In this document: piece by piece, positions 47,334-55,830 of the stretch
How the letters are laid out: each line of letters opens with the position of its first letter
Numbering within the stretch: the stretch's first letter is position 1
NCBI GenBank assembly: GCA_963662465.1
Contig: OY759599.1
Location: forward strand, 896,001-960,000
Direction of reading: 5' to 3'
Source of the DNA: Desulfatiglandales bacterium
GTDB lineage: Bacteria; Desulfobacterota; DSM-4660; Desulfatiglandales; Desulfatiglandaceae
DNA length: 64,000 bases
Translations under genes and position numbers: made by a program
The notes under the pieces: generated by a model
Told to the model about the DNA's origin: nothing
What the model saw: the letters and a program-made list of their open reading frames with translations, nothing else
Databases searched by the model: none

Positions 47334-47472
47334 CCTTGATGGGCATATTGAAAAAATACCGCCCCACCACATCCGCCGCACCCAGGAACATCAGCCCCAT
47401 CAACAACGCCATCCCAATATAGCAGAGAACGTTGTTGATGCCACGAATCCCCTTTTCCAATGTCTGGATCAT
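47334..47472 (-). pseudogene. dctQ: 5' fragment of a TRAP small permease
   Basis: ADVVGRYFFNMPI then abrupt switch into the kinase fragment; overlaps the dctP stop. Confidence 0.75.
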
Positions 47473-48500
47473 TTTATGAACGGCTCCTTTACGCCGGCTT
47501 CCTGAAGAATGGTATAGAGTTCATCCAGGGCCTTTTTTCCGGGCAGTCTCTTTTTCTCCATATCTTGCTCCCAATTATCAAAAAGGGGCTTCAACCGAAG
47601 ATTGATGGCTTTCAAATCCTTGGGGACCAGCATCTTGGCGTTGGCTTTTTTCATCATATTGATGCCCACCTGATTAAATCCGTGGTGAACGGCGCCCATG
47701 AGTGTGGAATACTTCTCGGCGTTTTGGTTGAGAACGTCCTTTGCCGCCTGGGGGAGTTTATCATAAGTGTTTTGATTCATGACAATGGCAAAGGTAAACG
47801 CACTCACATTTAATTCCGTTACGGTTTTGCACACTTCATTGAGTTTGAATACCGGCACGGCCGGCCATGTCTGCAATATGCCGTCGATGGTGCCTCGTTC
47901 AATGGCCATATAAGATTCCGCCGGACTGATGCTCACGGGAATGCCGCCGAGGGCTTCCGTCATTTTGGTCCACGGTCCACCGGGGCACCGGATTTTCTTC
48001 CCTTTAAACCCTTCCAATGTGTCGATTTCATCCTTGCTCCATAGGAAATTATAGGGCGCCGTCGTGCCCACGCAGATTACTTTCACCCCTTCGAATTGTT
48101 TGTTAAGATACCCCCGCTTCCAGAGTTCATAATGGGCCTTTGTGGCAACCTGGTTGTCGGGAAAATGAATGGGAAGACCCAGCATTTCGGAAAAAGGGAA
48201 CCTTCCGGGTGTATAGGGCAGTCCCACATAGGCCATATCGCAAATGCCCATTTCAACGGCATCATAATAATCCTGGGGTTTCCCCAACGCCTTGAAGGAA
48301 AGTTCCGTCTTTACTGTCCCCTTGGAGGCCTTCTCCAGGTCGGCGGCAATGGTTTTAAGGACTTTTGTATTGGGATCTTTCGGTACATTCCAGCTTGCGA
48401 TGTGTATTTTCATGGTTTTAGCTTCCACCGAGACACAGAACATGGCAGACAATAGGCACACCGCGATCACAAAAAATAACTTCATGCTGAGCTGTTTCAT
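47469..48500 (-). CDS. dctP: TRAP transporter substrate-binding protein (now orphan)
   Basis: Signal peptide; YTPGRFP, FKGKKIR and ESYMAIERGTIDG motifs. Confidence 0.92.
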   Translation of the reverse strand: MKQLSMKLFFVIAVCLLSAMFCVSVEAKTMKIHIASWNVPKDPNTKVLKTIAADLEKASKGTVKTELSFKALGKPQDYYDAVEMGICDMAYVGLPYTPGRFPFSEMLGLPIHFPDNQVATKAHYELWKRGYLNKQFEGVKVICVGTTAPYNFLWSKDEIDTLEGFKGKKIRCPGGPWTKMTEALGGIPVSISPAESYMAIERGTIDGILQTWPAVPVFKLNEVCKTVTELNVSAFTFAIVMNQNTYDKLPQAAKDVLNQNAEKYSTLMGAVHHGFNQVGINMMKKANAKMLVPKDLKAINLRLKPLFDNWEQDMEKKRLPGKKALDELYTILQEAGVKEPFIK

Positions 48501-48761
48501 TGCACACCTCCATTGGGAAAAAATAAGGGATTTAAAAAATGTACTAACCGTTCACCATATGTATGAAATTTAGTATTTCTTTGTCAAGTTTTTTTTGCAG
48601 TCAATATGTGAATATTTAAATATAAATAAATCGATGTCTTATAAGAGTAAAGGCCATGATTTTACGCCGATTCATATGCATGGATAAGCGTGTTGATACA
48701 AAATTTAAACCTTAATCTCTTATGCTTTGACAATTTTTATGGCGGAATCCTGCTATTTCCC

Positions 48762-48792
48762 TTGACAAAAAAACTTACTGTTCAGTATGTTT
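48762..48792 (+). promoter_or_regulatory. Promoter -35 and TetR operator
   Basis: TTGACA at 48762 followed by near-palindrome AAACTTACTG-TT-CAGTATGTTT. Confidence 0.6.
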
Positions 48793-48834
48793 TAATGAAA
48801 CTCGCAGAAGAGAGATAAAAGTTGGAGATATGAT

Positions 48835-49437
48835 ATGAGTACGGCCAAAAAGAAAAAAACCGAGCAAAAACTCCTGAAGGCGGCTTTGTCGCTTTTTGTC
48901 CGAAAGGGCTATAATGGAACGAGTGTTGATGAAATTACCCGAACGGCGGAAGTGACCAAGGGCGCCCTTTACGGTCACTTCAAGAGCAAAGCGGATTTGG
49001 TACTCAAGCTGATCGATGAATTTAAAGCCCGGTTCGTTCACGAGATGATTGAATCTACCGAACGTGAAAAGTTAAACGCGCTCGGTAAACTTCACAAGAT
49101 CCTGACGTATAATGCCCGGCTGGTGCTTGAAGACCAGGCCCTGTGCGTTTTGCCGACATTTATGACATTTGAACTCAAGGAACATGACAAATTTGAGATT
49201 GCCTTAAAGAATGTTTATCAGGAATATAAGGTCTATATTACAAAAATAATTGAACAGGGGCAAAAAGAAGGCGACTTCAAACAAGATCTTGATCCTGAAC
49301 TGGCGGCATTGGTCTTCATGAGCCTCCATGACGGCATCCTTCACCAATGGATATTAAACCAGGAGGTTGTTGAAGGCAAAGAGTTCGTGAAGACCTTTCG
49401 GAAAATATTTTTTGAGGGTCTGCAAAATACAGTGTGA
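48835..49437 (+). CDS. TetR/AcrR family transcriptional regulator
   Basis: ALSLFVRKGYNGTSVDEI...TKGALYGHFKSK. Confidence 0.93.
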   Translation: MSTAKKKKTEQKLLKAALSLFVRKGYNGTSVDEITRTAEVTKGALYGHFKSKADLVLKLIDEFKARFVHEMIESTEREKLNALGKLHKILTYNARLVLEDQALCVLPTFMTFELKEHDKFEIALKNVYQEYKVYITKIIEQGQKEGDFKQDLDPELAALVFMSLHDGILHQWILNQEVVEGKEFVKTFRKIFFEGLQNTV

Positions 49438-49544
49438 GACACCCGGGAGTTTGGATGACGCGTTACGCTTAAAACAGGTGGTTGAATGGGCATGATTGAC
49501 GTACCTGGCTACACCGTCAAAAAAGAGATCTACAGGGGATCCGA

Positions 49545-49793
49545 ATGGGTCTTACATTGAATGTCACGTGGGAAATCACCCTGAAATACAATCTCCACTG
49601 TGTTCACTGCCTTTCGGACGCGGGGATTCCCTCCAAAGACGAAAGGGGCATGATGTGTCTGTTTACGAAAAGGCGGTCCGCCCTTGGTGTGGAATGTGTG
49701 GGACATAATGGCGGAAAACTACCCCATGGACCAAAAGGTTCTTTTTTGAGTTTACACCATCATATGGGGCTTGAAAAATATTTTGGGTCATGA
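49545..49793 (+). pseudogene. Collapsed remnant of the mft operon (mftC 5' + two OYE1 pieces + terminal radical SAM 3' end)
   Basis: Ordered diverged copies of 33722-33826, 36717-36751, 36969-37041 and 46563-46610. Confidence 0.9.
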
Positions 49794-50007
49794 GCGAAGA
49801 GGCGTGATAAAAACTTCTAAATGATTGAGTTCTGGAAAGTCTTCCGCTTTAAGTTGGCAGCCTGGCGTGCAATGCGGATTCCCATTGACAATTCATCTCT
49901 CCAGCCTGTAAATTCACAAGAAAAAATGCAGACTGATGGCCATTGGGGACTGAGAGTGATTGCACGGAAAAATGTTTTTCACAAGTGAGGAATTTCAAGG
50001 AGCTAAA

Positions 50008-50964
50008 ATGCGGAATATTTCCAGACGAAAACCTAACAAGTATCAGATGATGGTTTCAATGATGGCACTCCTTTTCACATTTCTTTTTGTATCGGCTGTC
50101 TGGGTGGAGTATTCGGAGGCCAGGTCAAGGGGCGGCGGGCGGTCTTTCAGCCGCAGCAGCCCTTCCAGAACGCCCAGCCGGACGGCGCCCAGCTCCGGCA
50201 TGAATACGCCTCGAAGAAGCTCAAGTTTCATGAGCGGTTTGGGCGGTGGGCTTCTCGGGGGCGCCATTGGGAGCATGCTGTTCGGCGGCGTGGGTCATGG
50301 CATGGGGATGGGCGGCGGTGTCGGCGGCAGCGGCCTTGGTTTGTTTGAGATTCTCATTATTGGAGGCTTGATTTACTTCCTTTATAGAAAATTTAAAAAG
50401 AAGTCATCGCAAAATTCCAACAGATCTTCATTTTCGTCGCCCGATGCGGGATATTCTGCCGGAGGGGGATATGCGGATGATTTCTCCTCCCCATCTCCCC
50501 CTCCGGATATGGCTTCGGGGGATGCCGTCATGGATGAGCTGGATACGATTCGAAGATACGATCCGGGATTCGATCCCGAGAGATTCAAGGAGTTTGCCCA
50601 GGATGTGTTTTTTAAAGTCCAGGCGGCCTGGACCCGAAGGGATATCTCCGTGATGAAACAGCACCTGGGCACTCAACTTCTCGGAGAATACGAACAGCAT
50701 TTTGCCGATTTGAAGGCCAAAGGGCAGGAGAACCGCCTTGAAAACATCGCAGTCCGCAAAGTGGACATCGTAGACATGGGGGAGATGGGCGGAGAACCCT
50801 TCGTTATTGTCCAGTTTACGGCAAACCTGCTCGATTATACAGTGGATGAGGCCTCTGGAAAGGTTATCGAAGGAAGTCCCTCGGAGCCTGTGAAGTTTTT
50901 GGAACGGTGGGCCTTTTCCAAAGTCGGTTCCGCCAACTGGAAACTGGAAGGCATTCAGGAATGA
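50008..50964 (+). CDS. Tim44 domain-containing protein
   Basis: ARSRGGGRSF, Gly-rich TM region, DPGFDPERF...VQAAW...F.ERWAF...WKLEGIQ. Confidence 0.88.
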   Translation: MRNISRRKPNKYQMMVSMMALLFTFLFVSAVWVEYSEARSRGGGRSFSRSSPSRTPSRTAPSSGMNTPRRSSSFMSGLGGGLLGGAIGSMLFGGVGHGMGMGGGVGGSGLGLFEILIIGGLIYFLYRKFKKKSSQNSNRSSFSSPDAGYSAGGGYADDFSSPSPPPDMASGDAVMDELDTIRRYDPGFDPERFKEFAQDVFFKVQAAWTRRDISVMKQHLGTQLLGEYEQHFADLKAKGQENRLENIAVRKVDIVDMGEMGGEPFVIVQFTANLLDYTVDEASGKVIEGSPSEPVKFLERWAFSKVGSANWKLEGIQE

Positions 50965-50970
50965 AATTGC

Positions 50971-51002
50971 ATGGCACGTCGTCCTGAAGGGCGGCGTGCC
51001 GT
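50971..51002. terminator. Hairpin between convergent genes
   Basis: ATGGCACGTCGTCC-TGAA-GGGCGGCGTGCCGT. Confidence 0.6.
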
Positions 51003-51035
51003 CTGGAATCCTGGCGGTTTTCTCTTAAATCAGGC

Positions 51036-54000
51036 TTATTCCTCTCCATTTAGACCCTCAAGCCAGACCTTTGCCTCATTTTCAATTTCCTTCAATCGTG
51101 CATCCGACCACGTTTCGATATAGTAGGGCAGGGCTTGGTTTTTAACAAAGAACTCTTCTTCGTATTTTTCACAGTAATCGGCCAGCACAAGGATTTTGCA
51201 GATGAACCAACTGTCCTTCGGATTCAGATCCTGGTTCAGATAAGCCCGCGTGAGCCTGGCCTGCAGTTGTAAATTATTGATTTCCAAAGCGTTCGCCGAT
51301 TCCATGGCCAGAACAACCCCTTGCCAGTCTCCGTTATTCATATATTGATCAACGGTTTCATAAAGTTCCAGACCTCGTTTCATGTCATCTCTGATCCTGC
51401 TTCGTTTCCGTTGCTTTTCATTTTTGAGTGAAAGTTTGGCATAAGTGATGTAGGGATCCAGCTCGCAACGCCCGTCTTTATAACGCTTTCCCTGTTTCCA
51501 GATGCGTAAGGCTTTTTCGGCATCCCCCACGATGAAATAGGCCATTCCCAGAAGATGACATCTGTGGCAGGCGGCGCCGCCATCAAGATCCCGCGGCGCA
51601 ACCCTTTCAAGAAGCGAGATCACCCGCGGCCAGTCTTGCTTTCCGGCAGCGTTTTTTGCCGATTCCATGAGGACCCTGCAATGATCCGGATGGTGTTTTT
51701 TCAGCCAGTCTCTCAAAGACTTCGCTTCATCCATCAGGGAACAATACTCCAGGGCTCGAATTTGAATTGCGGCCTGTTCCGGATCATTTTTCAACTTTAT
51801 GTTTCTTGATTGCTCAAAACGGAGAAAATGCCGATTTTCTTCCAATTGAACGACACGGGCCAGCATCTCCGCTTTAAAAGCGCCGGTTTCCACATCGCAG
51901 AACCAAATGGCATCAAATGAGGGGAAAAAATATTTCTTTTCCGCCAAATCATCCTGACCTTCAAAACGCGGCGGGCGGTGATCAAGGCGTACGGCCTTCA
52001 GCCCCGTGGATGATGGACTCATTGCCACGAGGCCGTCCGAATGTTCATTTGAAAAAATAATGAGCTTCCTCGGCGCGGAGACACGGTAGAGTGCTTCAAA
52101 ACCCTTTTTTGACGGTTTTAAGGCCAAAAGGCCGGCCCCAGTTTCATCGTCGCTCATGAAATACACGAAAATAATGCCGGCATTATGCAATATGGCCATC
52201 GTGTTTTGGAGCTCTACATGGGAACCTTCGATAATAAAGGGGGCAATTTTTTTGTCCAAATCCGGCTTTGCCTGAACGGTAAAAGCGGCATCACCCGGTT
52301 CGTCGCCGTCCTTCGACATGTCCGTAATCGAATCGTGAAAATCCGGATCCTGGTAGGTTAGAAGCACATAGTCCACCCCGTTTGGGTGGGGGACAACCCC
52401 ATCCATAATGCAAGGTTCATCAAACGTAATGGTTTTGACCGTTCGTCCGTTTTCCGAACAGATCCGAACGGTCCGCTGATGGGAATCCGCCATGGCGATT
52501 TCAAAGCGTCCGCCATGATTGACTGGAACAAGCAGGGTACTCCAGTTGATCCTGCGAATGGTTTGTATCCGGTCCAACCGGATGATTTCGATAATTTCAT
52601 CGGGTTCTCGCGTATTTCGTTTCTGCAGCCAGAGCATTTGTTCATCCGGAAAAATGAGGGTGTCCTCAATCAGTTCATCTTCCTTGGCAAAGGTGGAAAA
52701 ATCATACCAGTATCGAATCGTCAGGGGCGCCAGGCAAAGCGCCATCACACGGCCCTCTTCACCGACGATCCAGAGCATTTTTCCGGAGGATGACAGCCTT
52801 GGCAGAGACAGTTTTTCCGGTGTGCGAAAAACAATGCCGTTTTTGAAGGTCTGGTCATCCAGACAGAAGGTCCGGATAAAGATCCACTGGCCATGGGAGG
52901 TTGTCAGAAGCGCATTGCGGCCGTCCGGCAACAGCAGGTGGCTGTTTAACTCGGATGTCCCGGTGATGCCCCTGCGACCATAGATCTTCGGGGTATCCCT
53001 CATATGAAAAGATAGCAGCGACCATTCCCGTTTCACGGCTTTCACATGATTTCCGATTTTCCCGTTCCAATCACCTGAAACCGCATCGCCGTCCAGCTCG
53101 GCAAGCTTTTCCGCCACATCCATGCAGATAAAATGTTCACCTCTCGCGGCGGCGGATTCGTACTGTTGCGCAAGCATCTGAAGGGATTCCAGGTGCTTGT
53201 ATTTTGATGTCAATGCCTCCAGATCTTGTCTTTGCGCCTCATCAAGATGCCCGATCTTGACAGCTGAAAGCGCCTGTTCCGCTTTCTCAAGATTTCGATG
53301 GGGTTTGCCGAGAAATTGGGCGGCTTGCGCCAGGCAGTTCCTGTTTTCGGCGGCGGCAATGGCTTGCGCGTTGGATTCGGCCTGATTCATAAGGGTCCGG
53401 GCATCGGATACGGATTGAAGCATTCCAGCATGAAGCGCCAACGCCTCAAGGATTGTTTCCGGATCCTCTTCCGCTTCCAGCCCTTTTTTTGCCCGGCCGA
53501 GGGCCAAAACCGCGTCCACCGCTTTCTTTCGGCCCGAGGCCCTGTCAGTGGACGACATCTCTTCCAGCCAGCGAAAGTGAGGGTCCTGAATAAGTGCTGC
53601 AAAACGTTCCCGTTTTTTTTCGTTGAAATTTAAAAATTCGGTAAGGGATGCTTCAATCCTCCCATCTTCCCAAAGATTTCGCAGGTTAGCGATTTCTATT
53701 TCTTCCCGTTGTTTTTCCGCCAGGTTTCTTGCGGTTTCAAGTCGTTCGGACAATTCATGCCTGTCGGCGCCCAGAGAAACGGCTTTTGCCAGCAGTTCCG
53801 CCTCCCGAGCATAATCTTGTCTCTTTCCAGCATCATCCGTCTCCCGCAGGAGCTGGGAGATTTTGTCCCGGCGCCGGCGCTTCAAAACTTTATGGCGAAC
53901 CTGCTGCGCCTCCCTGTTTTCGGGCAAAATCGACATGATCCGATCCGCCAGGTTCAGTGCGGCATCAAGACGGCCTTCCTTCCAGGCTTGCACCATCTCC

Positions 54001-54962
54001 TTTTCCAAAGGCGTCACGTGTTCGGCCTTCTTTAACCGGAACTTTTGCTCGAGATCTTCAATATCCAGCTGTTGCGACGCATTTGCGTAGGATTTCAGTT
54101 TGGAAAGGGCTTTAGCCGCAAGGGTTTCAATGCCCTCTTCTATGAAATGCTGAGCTGCGGGCAGATATATTTCCGTAACGCGAGCATCCGATATCCGGTC
54201 AACGTAATCCATGGCACGCTTAAAATCCCCGCAATGGACCGAGGCTAAGCCCAACAGCAGTCTCACCGTTTCATCTTTGAGAGTCCCGGATGAAAAATCG
54301 GCGCTGACTGCAAGCGCCTTTTCATAGGTCCCCAGATGGTCAACGTACAATTCAAGCACCAAAACGGCAGCCTCGATCCCGCCGCCGGATGTTTTGAGTG
54401 CGGACTTGAAATATCCTTCACATGCGTCATAATCATAGATGTCAAGTGCTTTTTTCCCCAGGCGGATACACTCATCAGCGCTCAGGTTTTCATTCGTCGG
54501 CGCCGGCGCTGTTTCTTCGGGTAAATCATTACGACTTGGTGGACCGCCGGTTTCGGGAACCTCCGTCGGATTTTCCGGATTTGAGGCTGTTTCGCTCGTG
54601 GCTTCATCAATCCGTCTTCTGACCCATGAGGCGGCATCCTCGTCCAATTCCTGGATCAGCGCATGACAGGCGTCCTCGTTAAATCGCGGAAGCCGCAAGC
54701 CTACCAGGTCAGGGTTTTCCGGTGTCGGAACCTCCACCCTCAACCCTTCAGCAAATCGTCTGATGAGAAGGCTCTGGAGTTGCGCTTTGAGACGATAGCG
54801 CTCGGAAGCCTTATGAGCACTTATTTCCCGGCTGGTGGGATTGACGCTGTGAATCAGCCGGATCAGTTCAAGTGCCGAAACCTGCCTGCTGCCATCAAGG
54901 ACCATATGGGGGTCAAGTGGGCCTTGCTTTTTTTTCTTCTTTTTTCTCTTTTTGGGAGCCAT
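51036..54962 (-). CDS. Large hypothetical protein (~1308 aa) with TPR-like repeats
   Basis: Long uninterrupted ORF; helical TPR-like segments (e.g. HLLGMAYFIVGDAEKALRIWKQG); basic N-terminus. Confidence 0.75.
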   Translation of the reverse strand: MAPKKRKKKKKKQGPLDPHMVLDGSRQVSALELIRLIHSVNPTSREISAHKASERYRLKAQLQSLLIRRFAEGLRVEVPTPENPDLVGLRLPRFNEDACHALIQELDEDAASWVRRRIDEATSETASNPENPTEVPETGGPPSRNDLPEETAPAPTNENLSADECIRLGKKALDIYDYDACEGYFKSALKTSGGGIEAAVLVLELYVDHLGTYEKALAVSADFSSGTLKDETVRLLLGLASVHCGDFKRAMDYVDRISDARVTEIYLPAAQHFIEEGIETLAAKALSKLKSYANASQQLDIEDLEQKFRLKKAEHVTPLEKEMVQAWKEGRLDAALNLADRIMSILPENREAQQVRHKVLKRRRRDKISQLLRETDDAGKRQDYAREAELLAKAVSLGADRHELSERLETARNLAEKQREEIEIANLRNLWEDGRIEASLTEFLNFNEKKRERFAALIQDPHFRWLEEMSSTDRASGRKKAVDAVLALGRAKKGLEAEEDPETILEALALHAGMLQSVSDARTLMNQAESNAQAIAAAENRNCLAQAAQFLGKPHRNLEKAEQALSAVKIGHLDEAQRQDLEALTSKYKHLESLQMLAQQYESAAARGEHFICMDVAEKLAELDGDAVSGDWNGKIGNHVKAVKREWSLLSFHMRDTPKIYGRRGITGTSELNSHLLLPDGRNALLTTSHGQWIFIRTFCLDDQTFKNGIVFRTPEKLSLPRLSSSGKMLWIVGEEGRVMALCLAPLTIRYWYDFSTFAKEDELIEDTLIFPDEQMLWLQKRNTREPDEIIEIIRLDRIQTIRRINWSTLLVPVNHGGRFEIAMADSHQRTVRICSENGRTVKTITFDEPCIMDGVVPHPNGVDYVLLTYQDPDFHDSITDMSKDGDEPGDAAFTVQAKPDLDKKIAPFIIEGSHVELQNTMAILHNAGIIFVYFMSDDETGAGLLALKPSKKGFEALYRVSAPRKLIIFSNEHSDGLVAMSPSSTGLKAVRLDHRPPRFEGQDDLAEKKYFFPSFDAIWFCDVETGAFKAEMLARVVQLEENRHFLRFEQSRNIKLKNDPEQAAIQIRALEYCSLMDEAKSLRDWLKKHHPDHCRVLMESAKNAAGKQDWPRVISLLERVAPRDLDGGAACHRCHLLGMAYFIVGDAEKALRIWKQGKRYKDGRCELDPYITYAKLSLKNEKQRKRSRIRDDMKRGLELYETVDQYMNNGDWQGVVLAMESANALEINNLQLQARLTRAYLNQDLNPKDSWFICKILVLADYCEKYEEEFFVKNQALPYYIETWSDARLKEIENEAKVWLEGLNGEE

Positions 54963-55062
54963 TTTTTTATTCAGAATCATCCAATGTTTCTTAAATTTAA
55001 ATCTTCGTTAATCCTATCATAAAGAAACTTATAGTGGACAGAAAGATTTTTTAATTTTTTTC

Positions 55063-55113
55063 TTGACACTAGATCGATCGTTCGATATTACTGATATCGA
55101 ACGATCGATCTAG
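55063..55113 (+). promoter_or_regulatory. Promoter -35 with a perfect 20-5-20 palindrome (putative double TetR operator)
   Basis: TTGACA then CTAGATCGATCGTTCGATAT-TACTG-ATATCGAACGATCGATCTAG. Confidence 0.75.
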
Positions 55114-55160
55114 GCTGTTTTCGAAATATTTCGTTCTCCAGCCCGTCCATCTCATTTATT

Positions 55161-55772
55161 TTGGAAAGGGGACGCATTTTGGGAAATATCAACACCAACA
55201 AGGACAAAATTTTTCAAACGGCCATTTCCCTTTTTGCCGCCAAGGGATTCCGCGGCACCTCCATTCGCGATATCGCCAACGAGATGCATATCAGCATCTC
55301 GAATATCTACCATCACTTCGGCAATAAAGAAGGTCTTCTGGTTGCCATCCTGGCCCATTCATCCGAGCGTCTGATCAAAGCGCTGAATGAGGTTTCGCTT
55401 CTGGATATTCCGCCGAAAGAAAAGCTCAAAAGTCTGCTTGAAACCCATATCCGGCTTGCGGGAGCCTACAGTGAGGAAACCAGGATCTTCTTTCTGGATG
55501 AGGAGCATCTTTCAGAAGAAGGGGACAAAATCAACCGCAATATTCAGCGTCAAATCTATGGATTTTATCAAAAGGTATTACATGAACTGGATGAAACGGG
55601 ATTCATCCAATGCCGGAGCATCAAGGTTCTGGCATTCAATATTTTCGGGGTCATCAACTGGCAGCTTCGCTGGTATCGAGCCGATGGCCCCCTTTCCTTT
55701 GAAGAAGTCAAAGAAGAGGTGATGTGTTTTATCATGAAAGGGGTTTTTGGGACCATTGAGCAGACTGAATAG
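55161..55772 (+). CDS. TetR/AcrR family transcriptional regulator (start uncertain)
   Basis: AISLFAAKGFRGTSIRDIA...IYHHFGNKEGLL; WYRADGPLS. Confidence 0.92.
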   Translation: MERGRILGNINTNKDKIFQTAISLFAAKGFRGTSIRDIANEMHISISNIYHHFGNKEGLLVAILAHSSERLIKALNEVSLLDIPPKEKLKSLLETHIRLAGAYSEETRIFFLDEEHLSEEGDKINRNIQRQIYGFYQKVLHELDETGFIQCRSIKVLAFNIFGVINWQLRWYRADGPLSFEEVKEEVMCFIMKGVFGTIEQTE

Positions 55773-55830
55773 GGGACGTTTCATGGGCCGTTTATTTTTC
55801 CATGCATAAAATTTAAGGAGGGGAAAGGTC

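Noticed and set aside
48835..49437. Calling a nearby TetR the mycofactocin regulator MftR
   Set aside because: It is divergent from dctP with its own operator, and the mft operon appears sigma54-driven; no specific evidence
49494..49545. MIDVPGYTVKKEIYRG as the start of a Ser/Thr kinase multi-sensor gene remnant
   Set aside because: Only ~16 codons of resemblance; too short to support
46563..49793. Diversity-generating retroelement (gene 3' end plus downstream diverged copy resembles VR/TR; same for 1363-1830 versus 6735-7046)
   Set aside because: No reverse transcriptase in the window, mismatches are not adenine-specific, and the copies are multi-gene mosaics
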